This document shows, in pieces, positions 29,145 to 36,517 of a stretch of 39,624 bases of DNA. The stretch comes from Clostridia bacterium. GTDB lineage: Bacteria; Bacillota; Clostridia; Christensenellales; UBA1242. The stretch is taken from assembly GCA_045538225.1 (NCBI GenBank), contig JAZSQY010000005.1, forward strand, positions 1-39,624, written 5' to 3'. Within the stretch, counting starts at the first letter, position 1. Each line of letters starts with the position of its first letter. Position numbers and translations under genes: made by a program. The notes beneath the pieces are model-generated. The model had not been told where the DNA came from and made no database searches. It was given only the letters and a program-made list of their open reading frames with translations.

Positions 29145-30202
29145 TTGGCTTCTGTTTCTAAATGTCGTAAACGCAGTTGGCCACACGCACCATCAATATC
29201 GTCACCTTTGTTTTTACGCATTGTACAAGATACACCACTTTTGATAACAGCATCCATAAAAGCCATTGCAACTTCGCGACTGGGTGGAGTTAAAATCGCA
29301 TTTTTATCAAAATTCAAAGGATTTAAATTTATCAAATTTATATGCGATTGAAACCCGCGTACCAAATTAGCTAATTCGCGCGCTTGCGGTACAGTGCAAT
29401 TAAACGGTTGACCATCTTTCATCATTAATGAATATTCAAAAATCACACGACGATGCGTTTGTTGAAAATAATACTTTGCGGCATCAATTAATTCTTTAAC
29501 TGAATAACGTTTAGCCACTGGCATAATTTGTTGACGCAATTCATCGTTTGGCGCATGCAAAGAAATACACAAATTAACCTGTGTTTTTTCATCAGCAAAC
29601 TTTTTAATCTGTGGGACCAACCCAGATGTCGACAAACTAATATTGCGTGCACTGATATTAATACCATCCGAACTACTTACTAACCGCAAAAAGCGCATTA
29701 CATTTTCATAATTATCCAATGGCTCACCTGACCCCATTAACACGATATTGGTCACACCGCGCGTTTTATCCGTTGCATTCAAGCGATTAATTAACAAAAC
29801 TTGTGCCAAAATTTCACCCGCAGTTAAATTGCGCACCAACCCATTTTTTCCACTTGCACAAAAACGACACCCCATACGACAACCAACTTGTGTTGATACG
29901 CATAAGGTATTCCCATAATTTTGGCTTAATAAAACACACTCAATTAAATCTGTTTTTTGATAAGCTAATAAATATTTTTTTGTTCCATCTTTAGAAATTT
30001 GTTCTCTAACAATTTCCGGCAAACTAGAACCAAATTGTTCTTTTAACCAAGAACGTAAATCCTTCGGAATGTTTGTTATGTTCTCAACGGCTATACCTTG
30101 GTGCAAAGCACTATAAATCTGGCCCGCACGAAACTGCGGCACGTTTAAGGGTTTTAGTACATCTTTCAATTCTTCTAAAGACAAATCGTAAATATATTTC
30201 AT
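29141..30202 (-). CDS. rlmN: 23S rRNA/tRNA (adenine-C2)-methyltransferase RlmN (radical SAM)
   Basis: Radical SAM CRMGCRFCASG, GSGEPLDN, and C-terminal DIDGACGQL. SD GGAGTAATT. Follows fmt. Confidence 0.9.
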   Translation of the reverse strand: MKYIYDLSLEELKDVLKPLNVPQFRAGQIYSALHQGIAVENITNIPKDLRSWLKEQFGSSLPEIVREQISKDGTKKYLLAYQKTDLIECVLLSQNYGNTLCVSTQVGCRMGCRFCASGKNGLVRNLTAGEILAQVLLINRLNATDKTRGVTNIVLMGSGEPLDNYENVMRFLRLVSSSDGINISARNISLSTSGLVPQIKKFADEKTQVNLCISLHAPNDELRQQIMPVAKRYSVKELIDAAKYYFQQTHRRVIFEYSLMMKDGQPFNCTVPQARELANLVRGFQSHINLINLNPLNFDKNAILTPPSREVAMAFMDAVIKSGVSCTMRKNKGDDIDGACGQLRLRHLETEAN

Positions 30203-30204
30203 AA

Positions 30205-31119
30205 TTACTCCACTTCCATCGAACTCAAATCACGTCCATTGCAAAAGTCTTTTCCTGCCACAACCTTTTTACCAGCCACCTGCAAAATATCAATACGCAA
30301 CAATCCATGACCACAACCAATAATTAAACCATCACGAGCATTACTGTGTACCACTTTACCGGCAACAGCTTCCCCTTCCAATGCCGTCGCTTGATAAACT
30401 TTTACTACTTCATTGTTTATTTTGAAATACGCAACCGGCCAAGGATTCAAACCCCTCACTAGATTCATTAAATCAACAGCACTCTTTGACCAATCAATGC
30501 GCGCCATTTCTTTGCTTAACATCGGAGCCACAGTGGCTTCACTTTCTTCCTGTGGAATAAATTGAGCCACGCCTTTTTCGATTTGTGCCAGCGCTGTTAA
30601 TAATGCCTGTACGCCAACCGGAACCATAGCTCGCAACACCTCTCCCGCAGTCGCAGTCGGTTCAATTTGCATTGGCAATGAATAAATCATCGGTCCACTA
30701 TCTAAACCCAATTCGGTCTGTAAAATAGTTACACCTGTTTCTTTGTCCCCATTAATTACAGACCACTGAACAGGCGCTGCTCCACGATAACGCGGCAATA
30801 AACTGCCATGAACATTAATTACACCGTACGGAGCCGCATCCAAAACACTTTGCTTTAAAATTTGACCAAAGGCACAGGTGACGATAATATCCGCTGGATA
30901 ATCTTGCAACAAGTGTGCTTCTTTACTAATTTTCTCTGGCTGTAATACAGGAATATTGTGCTCCACAGCGAATTGTTTTACCGGATTAAAACGCATTTGG
31001 TGACCACGCCCAGCCGCAGCATCCGGTTGCGTTACCACACAAACAACTTCATGATGCTCAATGATGCCTGCCAACACATCGGCAGCAAACTTCGGTGACC
31101 CCATAAATATAATTTTCAC
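30205..31119 (-). CDS. fmt: Methionyl-tRNA formyltransferase
   Basis: (M)KIIFMGSPKFA, VVTQPD, INVHGSLLPRYRGAAP. The only start giving the conserved N-terminus is the GTG at 31119. Confidence 0.9.
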   Translation of the reverse strand: MKIIFMGSPKFAADVLAGIIEHHEVVCVVTQPDAAAGRGHQMRFNPVKQFAVEHNIPVLQPEKISKEAHLLQDYPADIIVTCAFGQILKQSVLDAAPYGVINVHGSLLPRYRGAAPVQWSVINGDKETGVTILQTELGLDSGPMIYSLPMQIEPTATAGEVLRAMVPVGVQALLTALAQIEKGVAQFIPQEESEATVAPMLSKEMARIDWSKSAVDLMNLVRGLNPWPVAYFKINNEVVKVYQATALEGEAVAGKVVHSNARDGLIIGCGHGLLRIDILQVAGKKVVAGKDFCNGRDLSSMEVE

Positions 31120-31125
31120 AAAAGT

Positions 31126-31153
31126 AATATATCACAAAACCACGATAAACCAA
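31126..31153 (-). promoter_or_regulatory. Putative promoter, TTGGTT-16-(TGa)TATATT, 6 nt upstream of the fmt GTG start
   Basis: -35 at 31153-31148, -10 at 31131-31126, GTG at 31119. Confidence 0.4.
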
Positions 31154-31192
31154 ACGACTTTAATTTTTAAATACAAACGAAAACCATTTACA

Positions 31193-31222
31193 TTGGACAA
31201 AAATCAAAAAATTTTATATAAT
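31193..31222 (+). promoter_or_regulatory. Putative promoter, TTGGAC-18-TATAAT, 8 nt upstream of the def ATG at 31231 (leaderless candidate)
   Basis: -35 at 31193-31198, -10 at 31217-31222. Confidence 0.5.
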
Positions 31223-31230
31223 GGATGATT

Positions 31231-31674
31231 ATGGCTCGCTTAACAATTATTAAACAAGATAACCCTTTAATTCGTAAACACAGCAAACCCGTAGAGGACT
31301 TTTCACCACGTCTGCATACAATATTAGATGATATGCATGAAACACTTCTACATGCTAACGGTATCGGTTTAGCAGCAATTCAAGTCGGCATTCTTTATCG
31401 TATGGCCATTGTTATGACACAAGAACACGGCACACTGGAAATCATCAATCCAGTCATTAAAACCGCAAAACGCCAACGCACGGACACCGAAGGATGCTTA
31501 TCTTGCCCTGGTATCAGCGGCCGCGTTCGTCGTCCACACTTTATAACTTTGGAATATCAAGATCGCCACGGCAAAAAACACACAAAGGATTTCCATGGCA
31601 TTGATGCTGTTTGCTGCTGTCATGAAATTGATCATATGAACGGCATTTTATTTATTGATAAAATGGAAAAATAA
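31231..31674 (+). CDS. def: Peptide deformylase
   Basis: GIGLAAIQVG, EGCLSCPG and HEIDHMNG metal-binding motifs. The ATG at 31231 (MARLTII) is preferred over the track's 31225. Confidence 0.9.
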   Translation: MARLTIIKQDNPLIRKHSKPVEDFSPRLHTILDDMHETLLHANGIGLAAIQVGILYRMAIVMTQEHGTLEIINPVIKTAKRQRTDTEGCLSCPGISGRVRRPHFITLEYQDRHGKKHTKDFHGIDAVCCCHEIDHMNGILFIDKMEK

Positions 31675-31685
31675 TTTAATTAATA

Positions 31686-32456
31686 TCAGTTAGATATCAA
31701 GTTTTCAATCATTTCTAGTCCGGTGTAAGTATCGGCTAAAAATTCTTGTATTGGTTCTGATTCATCTTTGTTTTTGACTTCTGCACTTAAAACAATGTCA
31801 GGTAAATTTTTTAAACCCAAAGCAATTTTTCCCCAATCAATGGTCCCTTTACCACAAATTAAGTGTTCATCGTTAACACCATGATTATCATGCAAATGTA
31901 ATACTTCTACGTAGTTTGAATATTTTGTTAACATTGGTAACTTAGGTGTCAAAAAATGTTGATGTCCTGTATCAAAACAAATCCTTAATTTGTCGTGTTT
32001 TATGTGTCGAAAAATGTAAGGAATTTCTTTATCCAAATAAAGATTTTCAACACATAAATTAATATTACATTGCTCACAAACTTGTAAAATTTTCTTTAAA
32101 CGTAATAAACCATACTTACTCTGTTTTTCTTTTTTACTACCATTTAAGTGAATAACAAAATTCTTGGTCAAGCCACGACAACTTTCAATTTGGCGGCAAT
32201 AATCATCGCAAACCATATCACCATTTTCACCACGTTCCCAAAAGTAATGTAAGCGTTCTCCATCATACAAACAATGAATCATTGTGCATTTAAGCCCCAA
32301 ATTAGCCGCATATTGAACGATATCACTTAAGTTACTATCTTTACCCCCATCGCAAACGCCGCAATAAAACTCGTCGAACCCAGCTTCCTTAATCGCGCTT
32401 ATCCGCTCTTTGTACGAAATATTATAACCAAAATACAGATTTACTGACTTCTTCAT
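31686..32456 (-). CDS. Sugar phosphate isomerase/epimerase family protein (xylose-isomerase-like TIM barrel)
   Basis: Length and pattern typical of the AP-endonuclease-2/TIM barrel family (CFDTGHQH, LHLHDN). Has its own promoter. Confidence 0.6.
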   Translation of the reverse strand: MKKSVNLYFGYNISYKERISAIKEAGFDEFYCGVCDGGKDSNLSDIVQYAANLGLKCTMIHCLYDGERLHYFWERGENGDMVCDDYCRQIESCRGLTKNFVIHLNGSKKEKQSKYGLLRLKKILQVCEQCNINLCVENLYLDKEIPYIFRHIKHDKLRICFDTGHQHFLTPKLPMLTKYSNYVEVLHLHDNHGVNDEHLICGKGTIDWGKIALGLKNLPDIVLSAEVKNKDESEPIQEFLADTYTGLEMIENLISN

Positions 32457-32477
32457 TTTTCAAATTCCCCGACGAAT

Positions 32478-32505
32478 ATTATACCTGAGAATTAAAAATC
32501 AGCAA
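32478..32505 (-). promoter_or_regulatory. Putative promoter, TTGCTG-16-TATAAT, for the TIM-barrel isomerase gene
   Basis: -35 at 32505-32500 and -10 at 32483-32478, with a GGGGAA SD-like element before the ATG at 32456. Confidence 0.45.
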
Positions 32506-32523
32506 CCCCTTACAGCTTAATTA

Positions 32524-34101
32524 CTAATCATTTCCCAAAAAATGTCTACCGCACTCTTCCAAACTTGGAACTTCAAATTTTTCTAGTTTAAGGCCATAAC
32601 GCATAAATCTATTACCACATTTCCTTAGTTTACGCGCACTGAAACTGTGCAATTTGTTATTGCACGTGAAGAAATCGTTACCACATTCTTGTAAATTTCC
32701 CGCATTGAAACTTGTAATTTCTTCATTACTGCACATAAAGAAATCCCCACATTTTTCTAATTTTTCGAAATTAATATACTTTATGGTTTTGTTCGTAAAC
32801 AAGAAAGCATCTTTGCATTTCCTTAAACGAGGTAAAACTACGCTTGTTAACTGTTCATTACAGTTTAAGAAAAACGAACCAACCTCTTCCAAATTCGGCA
32901 AGTTGATATCTTCCAAAACTCTATTCTGATACAAAAACTCATCACCGCATCTTACCACATTTTCCATCGTTAATTTTTTTAAACTTGTATTGTTGCTCAT
33001 AAATTTACTTTTACAATTCTTAATACTGTCATCCGCATACTCTATAATTTGATTATTCTTATTAACTTTTATGGTTGCATTTCCACCATCTTGTTTTTTA
33101 ATATGAACAACCCCTTTTTCACCGAAATTAATTTTTTCAAATTTACTTAATTCATTTGGAAAAGGATCTTCATTTTTAATATCGTAAGCTTTAACAGTTT
33201 TCTCCTTACAATCGACAATATAACTATCCGCCAAAATTTGATGTTCCGGTAATTTAATAACATTATAATTATCGATAATGATATTATTTGGGCAATAATA
33301 AATATTGTTAATCTCCATGTTATAACGATAATATTTACCATCATTTGCACGTACGTAATTTTCTAATTCAAGATCATTAAATTCTCTTTTTAATTTTTCT
33401 TTTACACCAAAATCCCTTTCAAAAGCATTAGATAAACCAGAAATGATGTTATCTAAATTACTGTTAAATAGATTATCTGGATTATTGACACTATGATTAT
33501 ACCTACTTTTAATTGATACTGTTGAAAATTTATCTTTAGTAAATTGAATGCTAATCACACTTTTATTATATTTATCGTTCCTATCTGGCTCTGGGAAATC
33601 ATCTCTGTTCAATACTTCCGCATCTTTATGTACTGCAAACCAAACACGACACGTATCTAAACGATCGCCTCGAAAAGTACAAAGTTCTTCTCCATTATTG
33701 GATTCAGGTTGATACCCTTCTTGATAAACAGGAGTTGGACGTCCATCAGCTCTTTTGTAATAATGACGAAAAGATTGAATATCTGCTTCCGTTTGACATT
33801 CAGGGTACAGTGTATACCCAGCTTTCGCCATTAATTCGACAGCAGACTTGTCATTGTCGTTTAAATCGGTCGTCTCTTCTCTGAAGATATTATCTACTTT
33901 TTGATAGATAAAAGCTTTGAATTCACTTTCTTTTCCTTGGTTAATAATATCTGAAGCAAGCACACGACTTTTACAGAAATTTTCTTCCAAGAGTTGCGGC
34001 AATAAACCTTCCGTTTCTAAGATACGTTGGAAATCTGCCCGACATAACCTCATCATTTGTTCGCCAAATTTTTGCTTAATAATTTTTAAATCCTTTTCCA
34101 T
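32524..34101 (-). CDS. Paralogue 1 (525 aa): conserved uncharacterised N-terminal module plus about 8 Cys-Gly LRR-type repeats
   Basis: Collinear with the three upstream paralogues (EELCTF, RVWFAV.KD, SIQFTK, RYNH, NLDNIISGLS.AFERD.GV, YYCPNN). No signal peptide or TM. SD AAAGGAAAA. Confidence 0.85.
   Translation of the reverse strand: MEKDLKIIKQKFGEQMMRLCRADFQRILETEGLLPQLLEENFCKSRVLASDIINQGKESEFKAFIYQKVDNIFREETTDLNDNDKSAVELMAKAGYTLYPECQTEADIQSFRHYYKRADGRPTPVYQEGYQPESNNGEELCTFRGDRLDTCRVWFAVHKDAEVLNRDDFPEPDRNDKYNKSVISIQFTKDKFSTVSIKSRYNHSVNNPDNLFNSNLDNIISGLSNAFERDFGVKEKLKREFNDLELENYVRANDGKYYRYNMEINNIYYCPNNIIIDNYNVIKLPEHQILADSYIVDCKEKTVKAYDIKNEDPFPNELSKFEKINFGEKGVVHIKKQDGGNATIKVNKNNQIIEYADDSIKNCKSKFMSNNTSLKKLTMENVVRCGDEFLYQNRVLEDINLPNLEEVGSFFLNCNEQLTSVVLPRLRKCKDAFLFTNKTIKYINFEKLEKCGDFFMCSNEEITSFNAGNLQECGNDFFTCNNKLHSFSARKLRKCGNRFMRYGLKLEKFEVPSLEECGRHFLGND
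32527..33036 (-). repeat. Coding array of about 8 x 22-aa (66-nt) LRR-type repeats in paralogue 1
   Basis: aa 356-525 parse as x(L/F)PxLxxCGxxF(L/M)xxNxxLxxh units. Confidence 0.75.
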
Positions 34102-34137
34102 TTTTATTATTTTCCTTTATTTTGCTTTTAAGATTTT

Positions 34138-36435
34138 TTACCATGCATACCCATATTCCCCTGGATCAATTCCAGGCATTAATCGATGATCACCATGCAT
34201 CAGGTGTTTATTTTTCTCCAAAGAATTTCGCCCCAAATTTTCCAAAAGTGGTGCATAGAATTTTTCCAACGTTGTGTTATACCGCATAAAACTATGTCCA
34301 CAATTATTCAACCAAGGCAACATTAAATATTTCATTGAATCATTGCATAAAAGAAATTGGTTTCCGCACTGATGTAACCATTGTAAATTCACTTCAGATA
34401 GTATTCGATTCCAAGGCATAAAATCTCTTCCACAAACCGACAGCTGCGGTAAATCTAATATTCGCATACGCCGATTATTGTACAAAAAGTTATCCGCACA
34501 TCGGCTTAGTCGTGGGAAATACACCTCACTTAGAATTTCATTTTTGTACATAAAATCATCCCAACATATTTGTAAATTTGGCATTTCAATTTTTTTCATT
34601 GTCATGTTTTGACGCATAAATCCATCACCACATTCTTTCAATGATGGGAAACATGCTTGCGTTATCGTATTATTAGCACTTAAAAAATCATTACTACATT
34701 CCACCAACTCTGGAACATCTACACATTCAATCTGCTCATTGTTTCGAATAAACGAATGACCGCACTCTTTCAAACTTGGAAAAGAAACATATTTCAAAGC
34801 CTTATTATTAAGTAAGAATTCATCTTTACACTCTTCCAGCATTTTCAAATTAATCATTTCCAAACCTTGATTTGCTGACAAAAAACCCGCACCACATTTG
34901 CGCAACTTTTCCAAAGTTAAAAAACGCAGACTTTCATTTGCTGCCATAAATGAATAACCGCACTCTTCTAGAGCCGGTAAATAAACTTCATTGACTCTTT
35001 TATTTTGAGCAAAAAATTGCTTTTTGCATTCACGAAGCTTAGGAAAAGAAATCTGTTCTACACCTAAATTACAAAACATAAACCCATCACCAACACTTAA
35101 TAACTCGTCTGCATTAATGTGCTTTAAACCTATGTTGGAAAGCATGAAATAATCCCCACATTTTTTCAATTTTGGCAAATCCATGCTTTCCAAAGATTTA
35201 TTTTGGTACAAAAACGAATGATCACATTCTTCCAAGCTCGCTAAATTTATTTTTAACAGATCATTATTTTCGTACATAAAATCAAAACCACAACTCACAA
35301 CATTGGGTAAATTTAAACTCTTTAAAGCCTTATTATAACGCATATAGTTATTACCGCATGTTTTTAAACTTTTATCCTCAAAAGCAATGATTTGCCGACG
35401 CTTATCTAATTTTAAAGTCGCTTGTTCGCCATTTGATTTTATCACTATAATTGACCCGTCTTTATTAGGAATAATGCTCATATTCTCTGCTAAATCGTGA
35501 ACAAAACTATCATGAATATATTTATCATAAAGGCTGATTGTACTTTCTTTAAAGTCAATTACATAATAGTCTGCCAAGATTTGATGTAATGGCAATTGTT
35601 TCGGTTTAAAATTTTCAATCACTACATTATTTGGGCAATAATAAATATTATTAATCTCATGATTATACGGATAATATCGCCCATCATTTGCCAATGTATA
35701 ACCCTCTAATTCGAAATTAGATTTACCACAATGACTTCGGTCTCGCACACCGTAATCTCTTTCAAAAGCATCAGACAACCCACTAATGATATTATCCAAA
35801 TTGCTATTAAAAGTATTATCTGGATTAATCACCGTATGATTGTAACGATTTTTAATCGACAAGGTCGGATACTTTCCTTTGGTAAATTGAATACTAATCA
35901 CACTGGTGCCATATGCATCTTGCCTCATCGGATTTTTAAAATCTTCCCTGTGAATTTTATGTACATCTTTTTTAACCGCGAACCAAACCCGGTCTAAGTT
36001 CAAACGCCCTCCGTTAAATGTACATAGCTCTTCACCTACGCGTAACTCTGGTTGTCCACCATGATAGACTGGCGTTTCAGAGTATGGGCGATAATAATAA
36101 TGCCGAAAAGATTGAATGTCTTCTTCTGTTTTACATTCTGGATATAAAATGTATCCGGCTTGATCTAATAATTCCTTTGCGGACTTATTAATGCTAATTT
36201 TGATTTCATCGCGTTGAATAACTACCTTGGAAAAAATAAATTCTTTAAAATCATCCTCTTTACATTGATTAATAATGTCTTCCGCCAGATTTTTATTTTT
36301 TATAAAATTTTTTTGTAAAATCTCAGGTAAAAGACCTTCAACTTCCAAAATCCGTGCAAAGTTTCTACGGCAAAGATGCATCATTAATTCGCCGTATTTA
36401 TTTTTAATCCACAATAAATCTTTATTATTGTACAT
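34138..36435 (-). CDS. Paralogue 2 (765 aa): conserved N-terminal module plus about 18 Cys-Gly LRR-type repeats
   Basis: Same N-terminal module. aa 351-745 parse into 22-residue units such as NLPNVVSCGFDFMYENNDLLKI and DLPKLKKCGDYFMLSNIGLKHI. Confidence 0.85.
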   Translation of the reverse strand: MYNNKDLLWIKNKYGELMMHLCRRNFARILEVEGLLPEILQKNFIKNKNLAEDIINQCKEDDFKEFIFSKVVIQRDEIKISINKSAKELLDQAGYILYPECKTEEDIQSFRHYYYRPYSETPVYHGGQPELRVGEELCTFNGGRLNLDRVWFAVKKDVHKIHREDFKNPMRQDAYGTSVISIQFTKGKYPTLSIKNRYNHTVINPDNTFNSNLDNIISGLSDAFERDYGVRDRSHCGKSNFELEGYTLANDGRYYPYNHEINNIYYCPNNVVIENFKPKQLPLHQILADYYVIDFKESTISLYDKYIHDSFVHDLAENMSIIPNKDGSIIVIKSNGEQATLKLDKRRQIIAFEDKSLKTCGNNYMRYNKALKSLNLPNVVSCGFDFMYENNDLLKINLASLEECDHSFLYQNKSLESMDLPKLKKCGDYFMLSNIGLKHINADELLSVGDGFMFCNLGVEQISFPKLRECKKQFFAQNKRVNEVYLPALEECGYSFMAANESLRFLTLEKLRKCGAGFLSANQGLEMINLKMLEECKDEFLLNNKALKYVSFPSLKECGHSFIRNNEQIECVDVPELVECSNDFLSANNTITQACFPSLKECGDGFMRQNMTMKKIEMPNLQICWDDFMYKNEILSEVYFPRLSRCADNFLYNNRRMRILDLPQLSVCGRDFMPWNRILSEVNLQWLHQCGNQFLLCNDSMKYLMLPWLNNCGHSFMRYNTTLEKFYAPLLENLGRNSLEKNKHLMHGDHRLMPGIDPGEYGYAW
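34201..35385 (-). repeat. Coding array of about 18 x 22-aa LRR-type repeats in paralogue 2
   Basis: aa 351-745 (395 aa) parse into 18 consecutive 22-residue units with Cys-Gly at a fixed register. Confidence 0.8.
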
Positions 36436-36462
36436 ATTAAATAATGTTAAACCTTTGCTTTT

Positions 36463-36491
36463 ATTTTACACCTTTGTTGTATTGATTTCAA
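36463..36491 (-). promoter_or_regulatory. Putative promoter, TTGAAA-17-TAAAAT, for LRR paralogue 2 (and probably 1)
   Basis: -35 at 36491-36486 and -10 at 36468-36463, then a 27-nt leader containing AAAGG before the ATG at 36435. Confidence 0.55.
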
Positions 36492-36517
36492 GGGTCTACT
36501 AAAAAATTAACCAGCAA

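Noticed and set aside
31225-31230. The track's start for def at 31225 (MIMARL).
   Set aside because: It sits 2 nt after the TATAAT box. The ATG at 31231 gives the canonical Def N-terminus (MARLTI..) at a leaderless-compatible distance.
35386-36435. The idea that the paralogue N-terminal module is an ADP-ribosyltransferase (aromatic-R, GTS, ExE order) or a Cys-His hydrolase.
   Set aside because: The motif spacing does not fit known R-S-E toxins. The ExE is E-x-D in two copies, and the candidate His is Asp in paralogue 3. There is too little evidence without a profile or structure search.
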